A stretch of 64,000 bases of DNA from a virus, in the IMG/VR virus record IMGVR_UViG_3300015263_000944, positions 43,395-107,394 of that record. One strand, written 5' to 3'. Made by a program: the position numbers and the translations under genes. This document shows positions 18,257-28,284 of the stretch, piece by piece. Under the pieces are notes generated by a model. The model was given only the letters and a program-made list of their open reading frames with translations, was not told the DNA's origin and did not search any database. Every line of letters starts with the position of its first letter. Position 1 is the first letter of the stretch.

Positions 18257-19072
18257 TTACGAGAGCTTCTTCAGGTCTTCGATGCACCGCTTGCGGTTCT
18301 CTTTCTCCATGATGTCTCTCGTCGATGGGTTTCTTCGCCACAACTCTTCTATCGTGACGGCCCCATCGTGATGAACCCAACTGTTGCGACACACCGCCTG
18401 CTTGAATCCATATGAGTTCAATCGGGCACCAAACTCTTGATCCTCGTAGAAACCATACGGGTAGTTCTTCAAGAAACCACCGCAACGACGAAATAACTCT
18501 CGGTGGCACATGAAGCAATACAAGCTGAGGTACTCGTCTTCTTGCAAGATGTAAGGCTCTGGGTTTCGATCAAACCGGTCGCCTTGCTGTTCTGGGTGTC
18601 CGCCCACGGCATTGTTGGTGATTGGACAAACCATACGGACGCCCTGATCCTTGTAAGCCAACAATGTCTCTCCCATGGTTCGCAGCCAACCTGAGTCTTC
18701 AATCTTACAGTCTGAATTGATGAAACAGACATAAGGACTCTCTGTACTCTCGTAACCCAACTGACACGCTCCAGCAAAGCCCAGTTGTTCTGGAGAGCGA
18801 ACCGTCTTAACGACATTGGCGATTTTGCGAATCTTTGCTGCCTTGTCGGAGTTCCTCTGCATAACCTTGATGAACTCTTCGTTGGGAGACGCATCGTCTA
18901 CTATGCACACTTGATAGTAGTTGCTGCGAGTGAGACGGAAAATCGTCTCAAGAAGGGTAGTGACTTTCTGATATTGTCCGTGGAAGGGGATGATGATGTC
19001 AACCTGTGAATGAAAATCACTCACACTGTTCACAGGTCTCGAAATCACTTCCGGTGTCGTATTCTGATCCAT
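18257..19072 (-). CDS. Family 2 glycosyltransferase
   Basis: QVCIVDDASP DxD motif and GT-A N-terminal region. Confidence 0.75.
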   Translation of the reverse strand: MDQNTTPEVISRPVNSVSDFHSQVDIIIPFHGQYQKVTTLLETIFRLTRSNYYQVCIVDDASPNEEFIKVMQRNSDKAAKIRKIANVVKTVRSPEQLGFAGACQLGYESTESPYVCFINSDCKIEDSGWLRTMGETLLAYKDQGVRMVCPITNNAVGGHPEQQGDRFDRNPEPYILQEDEYLSLYCFMCHRELFRRCGGFLKNYPYGFYEDQEFGARLNSYGFKQAVCRNSWVHHDGAVTIEELWRRNPSTRDIMEKENRKRCIEDLKKLS

Positions 19073-19544
19073 ACTTCAAACACTCCTTGATCTGGTCTGC
19101 GATGCTGGCAACATCCCTGATTTGGATCACATAAGCCTCAGATGGATCGATCTCGTGAATTGGGGCATCTCCAATCGACAATACCACCAGCTTACAATCG
19201 ATCATCTCTCTTTCTTGGATTTTCGCTAAGCGATGAATGGGGCCGGGATCAAATCTGTCTGTGATGAGCACAAGGTACTTTTGGAAGCCCTCATTCTCAG
19301 CATCTAAGACGTACAGAGTTTGCTGCAACGCATAATTGATGTTGAACTTCCACCCGTCTGTCTCGAAATTGGAGACAGCCCCTACTTGTTGGCCGATCCG
19401 AGTCATTGTCTCGACGATCTCAGGATGAAACAGGTAGAAGATGTCGTCATCGTCGAATGTGTCTCTCAGATATTCGATCAAGCCCTGCTTGGCATGATCG
19501 AGAACTCGACGGCCATCAGCCGCATGTCTCAAGGACACGTCCAT
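19017..19544 (-). CDS. Hypothetical protein (possible VWA-like fold)
   Basis: YLVLITDRFDPG segment. Start taken at MDVSLRH. Confidence 0.4.
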   Translation of the reverse strand: MDVSLRHAADGRRVLDHAKQGLIEYLRDTFDDDDIFYLFHPEIVETMTRIGQQVGAVSNFETDGWKFNINYALQQTLYVLDAENEGFQKYLVLITDRFDPGPIHRLAKIQEREMIDCKLVVLSIGDAPIHEIDPSEAYVIQIRDVASIADQIKECLKYGSEYDTGSDFETCEQCE

Positions 19545-20379
19545 TACTACGCCCAGCACCTTTGAGTCCCAAGTTGTGATTTCCATGGATCAACTCCTTT
19601 CTGATCTTTCTGTGTTCTTCCCGAAATGGATGGTCGTAGTTCTTCAACGGGTGCATGATGCTCGCATCTGGGAACTCCTCGGTTTCGGGATTTAGCTCGG
19701 GTCGCCATCGCACAGGATAGTATTGGTAGGCACCGTGCCACCGACCCATCTCATCATATGAGGCCAAGACACCGATGTTGCCGCCGAAGTGGCGACACAG
19801 AGAAGGATAGAGATGCTCGCTTACATCATAACCAGAGTAACACGGCATGTAACCTTCTGTGAATTCGTTGGTTAAGTTGAGGAATCGGTCGAAGAAATCG
19901 ATCTCATACAACTTCCTCAAATACTTGTTGCGGAAAAACTGACAGCACCCCAACAGGTAGTAACTTTGCTTCAAGGGCTCGCCCACAAGAGAAGATACCA
20001 GCGGTAAAGTGACTTCATCCACATGACCGTCATTGCCCAGCATCCACACATCCATCTCATCTGCCATCAATAACTGAGACCTAATTCTTGAAGATGTGAA
20101 GAGGACATCATATTCCGTGTAGCAGTACCAGTCCGCTTCAGGGTTCGATTCGTAGAGGCACTTGAGGCCCAATGCCACATTTCGATAAGGCGATTTTGGG
20201 CAACCGTGCTTAAAGCCAACCACGGAAGGAACCGGGAGATCGAAGTCCTTAAACTTCGATTCACTCGCCCCATCAATCAAAACGAGGACATCCCGAGTCA
20301 GATAACAAAAAATTGACTCAAGCGTATCTATAATAACCTTGTCTGGCGTGTGGACGTTCAAAAGTGCAGCGATCTTCAT
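19516..20379 (-). CDS. Hypothetical protein (possible glycosyltransferase-associated)
   Basis: 287-aa ORF in the GT-rich cluster. No firm motif. Confidence 0.45.
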   Translation of the reverse strand: MKIAALLNVHTPDKVIIDTLESIFCYLTRDVLVLIDGASESKFKDFDLPVPSVVGFKHGCPKSPYRNVALGLKCLYESNPEADWYCYTEYDVLFTSSRIRSQLLMADEMDVWMLGNDGHVDEVTLPLVSSLVGEPLKQSYYLLGCCQFFRNKYLRKLYEIDFFDRFLNLTNEFTEGYMPCYSGYDVSEHLYPSLCRHFGGNIGVLASYDEMGRWHGAYQYYPVRWRPELNPETEEFPDASIMHPLKNYDHPFREEHRKIRKELIHGNHNLGLKGAGRSNGRVLETCG

Positions 20380-20408
20380 GAACTGATAATAGCGAAACGA
20401 GAGACAAA

Positions 20409-21317
20409 ATGGCCGATATCGAAAAACTTAACCAATCCATCGAACGGGCTGTCCAGTCTCTTCTGGACCTCAAAAAGACCCTGAACACAGAGTTCCAAGA
20501 GACCCCGATCCAAGCCCAAGCAACCCCCGAACCAACCGATTCCCTCGACAGTTTTGACAGTCTGGAACGTGCCGTACACAGCAACAAATGGCCTGCGGCA
20601 GTCAATCCCAACCTCATCTGCGACCCAAAATCCGAATCAGATCAGGTGGAGCGTGCTCGTGGGATCATTGAACTGATGATCGAAGAAGATCTGAAGGACA
20701 AGAAGTTCCTCGACTATGGTTGCGGACCCGGATATGTCGCTCGACTCGCAAAAGACTATCAACCAAAATCAACTGTTGGTTTTGACCTGCAACACAACAA
20801 CTGGGACAACGTAGACGGAGTTGTATTTACGAACGACTTCAGCATCGTCCAACATCACGGACCCTATGATGTCATCCTGCTTTTCGATGTACTTGATCAT
20901 CTGAAAGCCGAACCTCCTGTGGCTGTCTTGAAGAAAGCCAGAGATCTACTATCAGACACCGGCAAGATCTACATGAGGTGTCATCCATTTACATCGAGAC
21001 ACGCAACTCACTTGTACAACACTTTGAACAAGGCATACTTGCATCTGGTGTTTACCGACGAAGAACTCAAGCGACTGGTGCCAGAACCGTTGAATCCAGA
21101 GCACAACATTGGCGTCGTTTATCCCATCAAGACATATGGCGAATTCATCGAGCAAGCCGGATTGAAGATACTGAGCCGACGAGATCTCACAGAAAAGGTG
21201 GAGAACTTTTTCAAGATACCGAAGATCGCAGAACGAATCATGGACAATACAAAGTTTGCAAGCTTCCCTGATTTCCAGATGAGCCTACAGTTCATTGACT
21301 TTGTTCTAGGAAAGTAA
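20409..21317 (+). CDS. Class I SAM-dependent methyltransferase (paralog 1 of 3)
   Basis: Motif I LDYGCGPGY. Shares WPAAVNP and HPFTSRHATHLYNTLNKAYLHLVF blocks with the genes at 24750 and 26573. Confidence 0.8.
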   Translation: MADIEKLNQSIERAVQSLLDLKKTLNTEFQETPIQAQATPEPTDSLDSFDSLERAVHSNKWPAAVNPNLICDPKSESDQVERARGIIELMIEEDLKDKKFLDYGCGPGYVARLAKDYQPKSTVGFDLQHNNWDNVDGVVFTNDFSIVQHHGPYDVILLFDVLDHLKAEPPVAVLKKARDLLSDTGKIYMRCHPFTSRHATHLYNTLNKAYLHLVFTDEELKRLVPEPLNPEHNIGVVYPIKTYGEFIEQAGLKILSRRDLTEKVENFFKIPKIAERIMDNTKFASFPDFQMSLQFIDFVLGK

Positions 21318-21759
21318 GAAACTCGCCTTCACTTGTCTCTACAAATGACCCGGCATTCTTAAAGTATCTCACGCTTTTGAATGCCGGGTATTTTATTTGA
21401 TACCACTTCTGGAACATCCCACGATGCTGCTCAAGATCAGCAACCGGCACCCTGTACTGAGCGATAATTTCCTCGTAATTGGCATAAAGAACATAGCAGG
21501 TGACGCCTCCCGGCAGAAATTCTCCCTGTTCGTCTCCTAGATGCCAGCCATCTAGTACAAATTTTGGATTCGCCTCACAGACAGATTTCACCTCCTGCAT
21601 CGCCGCCTCAAAAGACAACCCCAGAGTTTCCATCATGTGCCAAGGAAAGAGGGCATCAAAACAGATATAAGGTCGTGGGATCTGTTGGGCGAACGTGGTT
21701 TTACCCACACATGACATTCCCCAAATCACGATTCTGTCAGAGTGTTCTATCATAACCAT
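21292..21759 (-). CDS. P-loop kinase-like protein
   Basis: RIVIWGMSCVGKTT Walker A. Start set at M63/M65 because the upstream part overlaps the conserved N-terminus of the divergent GT2 gene. Confidence 0.5.
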   Translation of the reverse strand: MVMIEHSDRIVIWGMSCVGKTTFAQQIPRPYICFDALFPWHMMETLGLSFEAAMQEVKSVCEANPKFVLDGWHLGDEQGEFLPGGVTCYVLYANYEEIIAQYRVPVADLEQHRGMFQKWYQIKYPAFKSVRYFKNAGSFVETSEGEFLTFLEQSQ

Positions 21760-22446
21760 ATGATATCGATCATCACCGTAAATTGGAACAGCTACGACTT
21801 CCTCGAACTCCTCATTGAGTCCCTTGAGCGATTTTCCTACTTCCCCTACGAGTTGGTTGTCATTGACAACAGCATCCAGAAACGCACCGTCAGCCGACGA
21901 TGTGTTAAGTGGGTGCCACAGACCGACAACATTGGGCACGGGCAAGGACTTAACGAAGGAGTCAAAGAATCACATCCCCAATTCCCTTATGTGATGTTCT
22001 TGGATGTAGATGTCCACATGCTTCAATATCAATGGGAAGAGCCGTTCGTCACACATATGGCTCAGTATGATGTGATTGGAGCCAAGGGCGTGCCAGAGAA
22101 ACCAATCAGGCCCGCTTGTATGTTCATGAAGAGAGATGTCGCTGTGCGACACGATTGGCAGCCCACCCCCGGTTACAAAGGACACCGAGTCACCCCAGAC
22201 GGATATGATGTGGCAATTGCGGCCTATCACAACATGGTTAAGGAAGGAACTAAGATTGCCTTCATGGGCAGTTACCCCAACCGCTATGGCACGCTCACTG
22301 GAGAAGAGTGGGGAATCGAAGGAGAACCATTGGTCTACCACCATTGGCACGGCAGTCATCTGGCCGAAAGGCAAGTGGACTTTGACACAAACCTCGAAAC
22401 AGAAAAAGAAAAACTGTTCTCACAGATTCCTTGGAGATTGCCGTAG
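21760..22446 (+). CDS. Family 2 glycosyltransferase
   Basis: MISIITVNWNS, ELVVIDNS and GHGQGLN motifs. Alternative GTG start at 21742. Confidence 0.75.
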   Translation: MISIITVNWNSYDFLELLIESLERFSYFPYELVVIDNSIQKRTVSRRCVKWVPQTDNIGHGQGLNEGVKESHPQFPYVMFLDVDVHMLQYQWEEPFVTHMAQYDVIGAKGVPEKPIRPACMFMKRDVAVRHDWQPTPGYKGHRVTPDGYDVAIAAYHNMVKEGTKIAFMGSYPNRYGTLTGEEWGIEGEPLVYHHWHGSHLAERQVDFDTNLETEKEKLFSQIPWRLP

Positions 22447-23274
22447 TTCTTCCACCCTCTTCTTGATGTATGCTCGGGGATTTCTGATCGCTGATTCGTA
22501 TGCCAAATTCTCTGCGATGATTAAAGGCAGATCCCACTTCAAGCAATACAAAACGAAATTGTCTAGCGATTTTTGCCAAAGCTCAACATCAGAAAGAGCT
22601 TTGTTGCCATCTCGCTTCTTGTGCGGCCAGTGTAGTTCAGGAACTTGCAAATCCACAAACTGACATCCTCCCACAGCAGCCGCATAATGGAAGTCTGTGT
22701 CGGCGTAGGCACCATGTCCGCAGTATGAGTGATCGACTCCTCCCAATCTGAGATAGGTGCTTTTTGTGAAAGCAGTGCTACCAGACATGACATTCTTGCC
22801 GGGCCGATGAATTGGGTCGCCATATCGAGCCTCAAAGCGAAGGCTCCCCATGAATTTCTCGTCCAAGAACACACCTTCTTCGTTCATGCTTTTCAAAAAC
22901 AACTTGCAGTCTTCAATAGACATTTCCTTGAGCATCTGGAAGTGGCTTGATGTGAAAACGAATACATCATCCTCAACAGCCGCCAAGACACGCTTCAGGA
23001 AATCGGCAGGAAGCAATCTGTCGGAGTCCAAATAGAGAACCTTCTCGTACTGGGCCGTGCAAACCCCAGCATCCCACATTCTCCCCCAACAGAACTTGTC
23101 GGCCACTCTGGGAACTTGGACATACTCCCACCCTTCTCGGAGGCGGTCAATTCTACCGTCAACCACGATGGTTTTCTGGCATACATCGTAAAACTCCATC
23201 TCTCTGAGACAAGACAAAGTGGCGTCCAAAGCCACCTCTCTGTCCGTCGAATACATTATGAAGATGCTGAGCAT
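22420..23274 (-). CDS. GT-A fold glycosyltransferase (DxD family paralog 1 of 3)
   Basis: YLDSDRLLP DxD block. Paralogous to 28971..29789 and 39164..39928. Confidence 0.6.
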   Translation of the reverse strand: MLSIFIMYSTDREVALDATLSCLREMEFYDVCQKTIVVDGRIDRLREGWEYVQVPRVADKFCWGRMWDAGVCTAQYEKVLYLDSDRLLPADFLKRVLAAVEDDVFVFTSSHFQMLKEMSIEDCKLFLKSMNEEGVFLDEKFMGSLRFEARYGDPIHRPGKNVMSGSTAFTKSTYLRLGGVDHSYCGHGAYADTDFHYAAAVGGCQFVDLQVPELHWPHKKRDGNKALSDVELWQKSLDNFVLYCLKWDLPLIIAENLAYESAIRNPRAYIKKRVEELRQSPRNL

Positions 23275-23311
23275 GGCTGATTTTTCCTCTCGGTGATCGC
23301 TACATACTTAC

Positions 23312-23950
23312 ATGAGAAGCTTCAAGGAATTTTTCGAACAACAATTGCAAGAAGCATCCCCGCCAAATGCCAGAATGGGCTCTCCATTGAAAGCAGGTGG
23401 CATGGGGACAGGTCTGCAAACCGGATCGGGTATTAACTTCCCATCAATGGGCATTGGAGCCATGCCGCTTACCGGCCCTCAAAGTATGGGACAGTGGCTT
23501 CAACACTACAGCAAACCACACGAAGCCCCAGAATGGAAACTTCTCGATAGTGCAGCCAGAGCAGCACAGAACATCGGCAACGCTGTCAGTCAGGGATCAA
23601 AGGAATGGGGTTCGGGCGCATATGTGACAGGAACTCCTGATCGTGGCGGCAAGATCATGAATCTTCAGAAAGACACCTTGCTCCATAGCGGCGTAGCCCG
23701 AGGATACCAGTTCTCGCCAGCCGAACTTCAATGGCTGCAAGACAAAGCCATCATTATCCCAGATCAAGCGAACCCACAACTGGTTCATCTGGATATGGGC
23801 AAACTCTACACAATGATGTTGGAAAAGCAACGTGGGCAGGAACTCAAGTATGGTGCAGCACAGGCTTACGACATGATCGCTGGTCGCATGGCTAATGGTG
23901 GCCCGATGTCGAATGCCGGAACCAACCTTGATCCATTTGGCGTTCGCTAA
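23312..23950 (+). CDS. Hypothetical Gly-rich protein with SFKEFFEQQ N-terminal motif
   Basis: 212 aa. Its N-terminus resembles those of the proteins at 51206(-) and 41744(+). Confidence 0.5.
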   Translation: MRSFKEFFEQQLQEASPPNARMGSPLKAGGMGTGLQTGSGINFPSMGIGAMPLTGPQSMGQWLQHYSKPHEAPEWKLLDSAARAAQNIGNAVSQGSKEWGSGAYVTGTPDRGGKIMNLQKDTLLHSGVARGYQFSPAELQWLQDKAIIIPDQANPQLVHLDMGKLYTMMLEKQRGQELKYGAAQAYDMIAGRMANGGPMSNAGTNLDPFGVR

Positions 23951-24753
23951 AAGATCATCGTCGCACTCTGAAGTGGATTCTGCTTCATGTACCACTGCCA
24001 AAACTCATGCACAGCGTCTCTGGCTTCGATCTTGTAGTCTTTCTTCTCCAACGTCTTAGATTTGTTTTCGAGTGGTGAAGTGATACCATCGATCATCCCC
24101 GCAATACAATGCAGGTAGTCTTCGTTGTCTGTCTCAATGAACTTCTGCACAAAGAAATCGAAGTGTGCTTTGGCCTTCTGAACAATATCGTTTCCACCCA
24201 TAAACGCACCGCTGTCCCACTCGAAGTTGTGAGATCTGTACGTCTGGTAAACATCCCGATACTTGTAATAGCAGAAATGACGACCCTGAACCCGATGCTC
24301 GCCTATGGGACGGGTTCTGAGATAATCGTGGATGCAAGTGTATCCCGCATCTGTGAGTCTCTGATAGTGCTCAACATCAGGGGTGGCACTTTCCTTAAAC
24401 ATGTGCTCTTGGGCTATCTTGGTACGCAAAACCTTTAAGGCCAGAATGGGACGGTCGGTGAGCGTATCGTGCAACCGGAACAAAATCGAGTGCCAATGTG
24501 GGTTGCGAAAATGCTTGCGAATGGCATTGGTGATACGAGGCCACGCATCATGGTGAAGTACGATATCTGCATCCAATGGAACAAAATACTCAGTCTTGAC
24601 GCCGCTCACCATTTGATTGAGTGCTTCAATCTGAGGATACACATTCCTCACCTCAAAGAACTCAATCTCGCTCCTGAATGGTTCAATGGCAGCGAGACAG
24701 TCTGGCTCCGAGAGTTCGCCACAAGTCATCAATACAAAGGTTACTTCATTCAT
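23947..24753 (-). CDS. Hypothetical protein, possible GT-A-like
   Basis: VPLDADIVL DxD-like block. Confidence 0.4.
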   Translation of the reverse strand: MNEVTFVLMTCGELSEPDCLAAIEPFRSEIEFFEVRNVYPQIEALNQMVSGVKTEYFVPLDADIVLHHDAWPRITNAIRKHFRNPHWHSILFRLHDTLTDRPILALKVLRTKIAQEHMFKESATPDVEHYQRLTDAGYTCIHDYLRTRPIGEHRVQGRHFCYYKYRDVYQTYRSHNFEWDSGAFMGGNDIVQKAKAHFDFFVQKFIETDNEDYLHCIAGMIDGITSPLENKSKTLEKKDYKIEARDAVHEFWQWYMKQNPLQSATMIF

Positions 24754-25772
24754 TTGGGTGACAGAACGAAATCAACGAACTGCAACTTCATCGAGTCGAT
24801 GAAATTGTCGATGTCCTGTTTCGCAATTCCTTGCTCATTAGCCAATAAGTCCTTAAAGGCTGGCACATAGAAAAACTCGCTGACCGGCTCTTCCAACGGG
24901 CATTCCTTAATGATGTTGAAGTCTTTCTTGAACCAGTTGTGATATGCGGTGATTGGGTACTTTTCTGGTCGAGTAAATGTCGGTGGTTCGCCGAGAAGAG
25001 TTTTCATTTCCTCCCAAGTGAAAAACAGATGGAGATAGGCTTTATTGATGCCTTTCTTCCAAAGATGTGTGGCGTGTCTTGAGGTCCATGGGTGACACCG
25101 AACATAGACAACACCATCATCTTTCACACACTCCCGGACCTGCTGCATCACCTCTTCCGGCTCAAAAGCGTGATCTAAAACATCATACAAGAACACGATG
25201 TCGTATTGGTGTTTGGGAACCTCATTGTAGACGCTAGTGAATTGTGCTCCACCATCGAACTCTTCCCAGTTGTCATTGGGGGTATTGTCATAGCCGGTGG
25301 CAAGAGCACATCCTCGCTTCAACGCCTCATTGGCAATCCAACCTTCCCCGCATCCAAAATCTAAGAGACGTGCGCCGCTCAACCCTCTGTCCAACATCAT
25401 ATCGAGCACAGCTTTTGCTCGTTTGACCTGATCTTCCTTGGTGGGGCCACACATCAAATGCTGGGGCACGGCTTCCGGCCAACAGTCAATGTCCAACAGA
25501 TCTTGGAGGTGCTTCTTCCGAGCCGTCTGATGGGCCACAGAAGGGGCTGGTTTGGCGGGCGGTGCCGCTGGCTGTTGGTATTCGGCGGCAGGCAAAGCTC
25601 TTGGAACCTCTGGCTCCGAGATCATCTCTTCCAACAGTCCGCCGTCGTCATTGTCCAACATACCCTCAATCAAAGAGACGGCTCGCTTGATCACGGACAA
25701 ATATCTTCTGAGTTCTTTTTGGTTCACATCACCCTCTTCTGTGTTTTCATAACTTCGCAATACTGGCCCCAT
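24750..25772 (-). CDS. Class I SAM-dependent methyltransferase (paralog 2 of 3)
   Basis: LLDFGCGEGW motif I plus HPWTSRHATHLW...KAYLHLFFT. Confidence 0.8.
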   Translation of the reverse strand: MGPVLRSYENTEEGDVNQKELRRYLSVIKRAVSLIEGMLDNDDGGLLEEMISEPEVPRALPAAEYQQPAAPPAKPAPSVAHQTARKKHLQDLLDIDCWPEAVPQHLMCGPTKEDQVKRAKAVLDMMLDRGLSGARLLDFGCGEGWIANEALKRGCALATGYDNTPNDNWEEFDGGAQFTSVYNEVPKHQYDIVFLYDVLDHAFEPEEVMQQVRECVKDDGVVYVRCHPWTSRHATHLWKKGINKAYLHLFFTWEEMKTLLGEPPTFTRPEKYPITAYHNWFKKDFNIIKECPLEEPVSEFFYVPAFKDLLANEQGIAKQDIDNFIDSMKLQFVDFVLSPK

Positions 25773-26554
25773 TGATGATGGTTCGGAATTCGATTGGCCT
25801 GTGTGAAATGGATGCCCTGCTCATTCCCAGACAGCTTAGTACGGAAGTCCCGATGAAGAACTTCTATCATCTGGCTGGGCTTGATCCGAACGCTGGGTTC
25901 GAGACTCAGTGTGTAAGTCAGCAACCCCTGCTCATCGGCTTGTGAGAGATTCTCAAAAGAGCCGTGAGCCTCCCACTGCTCCTTGATCCGGGCACCAAAG
26001 TTGTATCCGGGAGGAAATCCCATAAATCCCGAGTTCAAGAAAGGCGGGTCTTGTGGAAACAAATGATCGTAGCGGCCATAGAAACGAATCGGTTCCTCTA
26101 AGATGAGCACTCGGTCACGTTGACCAAGCCACTCTTCTATTTGTGGGAACTTTTGAAGCAGAACAACATCGTTGTCTGCGACAATCTCGTGAGTTTCCAT
26201 CCGCAATCTAGGAGGACAGACCTTCCACATTGTCCCGCCACAGCGTTTCCCGTCATACTCGAAAGATCCATCTTGGCGGCGTGGAGTCTGGCAATTGTCT
26301 TTGACCGGACAAGTGGCCCAGTTCTGAGCCACCAGCTTGACGGGAAGTTCTCCAATCCGTTCTCTTAGAAAACCAACTTCATCCCCATTCAAGCCATTGT
26401 AGCAAACAGCCCAATCCCAATCATTTACCCCAAATGCCTGTGTGGTTCTGTGAATTGATTCAACGAGAATGTCCAGACCTTGCTGTAAACAATTACCTAC
26501 GGTCCATCGAAACAAAGGCTTTGCCATAACGAATCTTCCTCCTGTTACTATCAT
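25724..26554 (-). CDS. GT32-like (Gly_transf_sug type) glycosyltransferase paralog A
   Basis: LFRWTVGN start, ADNDVVLL DxD, GFMGFPPGYNF and GIHFTQAN blocks. Paralog of 28285..28974. Confidence 0.55.
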   Translation of the reverse strand: MIVTGGRFVMAKPLFRWTVGNCLQQGLDILVESIHRTTQAFGVNDWDWAVCYNGLNGDEVGFLRERIGELPVKLVAQNWATCPVKDNCQTPRRQDGSFEYDGKRCGGTMWKVCPPRLRMETHEIVADNDVVLLQKFPQIEEWLGQRDRVLILEEPIRFYGRYDHLFPQDPPFLNSGFMGFPPGYNFGARIKEQWEAHGSFENLSQADEQGLLTYTLSLEPSVRIKPSQMIEVLHRDFRTKLSGNEQGIHFTQANRIPNHHQWGQYCEVMKTQKRVM

Positions 26555-26572
26555 AGTTTCGGGGTACGCAGA

Positions 26573-27568
26573 ATGCTGACACTAGAAAAAATCAACGAGC
26601 TTACACAAGGAATCGAGTACCATCTCAGAAAGCTGGAGAGCTTTGAGAGTGGACTCCGAGAAGTTAAGGCCGCTCTTGAAGAACTCAGACACGCCAAAGA
26701 ATCAGAATATCTCTGGGAGCTTCAGAAATACCGTGCCGATATTGAAGACATACGGCACCAACTGCGAAAGCGTGGGCTCCCGGATGCTGAGAAATACGAA
26801 ATCCAGTTCCGTAAGATCAAAGATTCACTCAACGAACACCAATGGCCTGTCGCCGTCAATCCAGAAGCCATCTGTAACGACGATGAGCGAGCCACAATTC
26901 GGGCTGAGTCAATTCTGGACCTCGTTGTTGGCGAACATCTCCAAGGCAGAAAGTTCCTCGACTATGGATGCGGTCAAGGCCATGTTGTACAAGCGGCTAT
27001 AAGCCGAGGAGCAATGGCAATTGGCTATGACATCAACGCCCAAGGGGAAGCGACCAACAACTTCGAGGATGTCAAAAAGCACGCACCTTTTGACATCATT
27101 TTGATGCACGACGTGTTGGATCACATTCAGAGCCTCAACCCCATGGAAGCCTTAGCCCAAGCAAAATCGGTGCTTGCTCCAGAAGGACGCATCTATGTCC
27201 GTAATCATCCGTGGTCATCCAAGCATGGCGGACATCTGTACGAACACATCAACAAAGCATATCTCCATCTGATCCTCGACGAAGTAGAGTTGACCCGGCT
27301 AGGAGGATTTGCCTGCGAGTACAACATCCGTGTCGTCAGGCCGCTGGAGACTTACCGTCATTGGTTTGACAGCGTTGGCCTTTCTGTAAAATCCGAGATT
27401 CCCATCAACAGTAATGTTGACGAATACTTTAAGAAGCCATCCTTTGTTCACGAGCGTCTATTGCATAACTGGGAAGGGGATGAGGCCGCAATGTTGTTCA
27501 ATATGGGAATTGACTTTGTAGAATACATCGTCGAATCAGACGGCATCTCAAATCAACAGATATTTTGA
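26573..27568 (+). CDS. Class I SAM-dependent methyltransferase (paralog 3 of 3)
   Basis: LDYGCGQGHV motif I plus HPWSSKHGGHLYEHINKAYLHLIL. Confidence 0.8.
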   Translation: MLTLEKINELTQGIEYHLRKLESFESGLREVKAALEELRHAKESEYLWELQKYRADIEDIRHQLRKRGLPDAEKYEIQFRKIKDSLNEHQWPVAVNPEAICNDDERATIRAESILDLVVGEHLQGRKFLDYGCGQGHVVQAAISRGAMAIGYDINAQGEATNNFEDVKKHAPFDIILMHDVLDHIQSLNPMEALAQAKSVLAPEGRIYVRNHPWSSKHGGHLYEHINKAYLHLILDEVELTRLGGFACEYNIRVVRPLETYRHWFDSVGLSVKSEIPINSNVDEYFKKPSFVHERLLHNWEGDEAAMLFNMGIDFVEYIVESDGISNQQIF

Positions 27569-28270
27569 GGTCATGTTATAGCCATAGGTCTCGCCTTTGG
27601 CTACCAGTAGGTCACGAATGTCCTTATCTGTGACATCCATGATGTCGAAATGGCCTTGCACTGGTTTGCGGAATGTGTTGACTGTTTTATCTGGATAGTC
27701 TGCTCCTGTCACACCAAGGAATTGTTTAAGAGGTTCGAGAGAGTCCTCGATTCTTACAAAGATGTCCCTATGTGGTTCAACGAGTTCATTCCAGAGAATG
27801 TAAAACAAAGATGCTTTATCATATGCAGGCATCTCTTGAGCCAGCCGGGGCATGTTCCTGTAGATAAACTGCTCGTAAGTATTGGGGCTTTCTTGGTTCT
27901 TGAAGTAATCTATGTGGTTGACAAAGCTATGAATCACTTTGGCGGGGTGACGCACCACATGAATAACCTTTGTGTCTTTCAAGATCTCTGCATTCAAATC
28001 TATCGCCGCCATGTAACTTGAATCGGCTCTCAATGCCCGAACATCTACATAGTCCCCTAGCTGAGTGACATTCTCGGGCGTCCAGCACATCTTTGAGGCA
28101 TTGCTTAAGGCAAGCGGGATCTCTCCCTTCAGCCGCCGCAACGCCCCTCTCAGACCTTGATAGTCGAAAACAGTTTCGTGCCCGCATGGGATTCCCCAAT
28201 CGGTCAGACACCTCGCTAAATACACAGTGCCGCAACGTCCGGTCCCGGTAATCAAATACTCAAGTTGCAT
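27548..28270 (-). CDS. Sulfotransferase family protein
   Basis: 5'-PSB-like ITGTGRCGT and 3'-PB-like KVIHVVRHP motifs. Confidence 0.65.
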   Translation of the reverse strand: MQLEYLITGTGRCGTVYLARCLTDWGIPCGHETVFDYQGLRGALRRLKGEIPLALSNASKMCWTPENVTQLGDYVDVRALRADSSYMAAIDLNAEILKDTKVIHVVRHPAKVIHSFVNHIDYFKNQESPNTYEQFIYRNMPRLAQEMPAYDKASLFYILWNELVEPHRDIFVRIEDSLEPLKQFLGVTGADYPDKTVNTFRKPVQGHFDIMDVTDKDIRDLLVAKGETYGYNMTSKYLLI

Positions 28271-28284
28271 GGTATATTAAAGCG

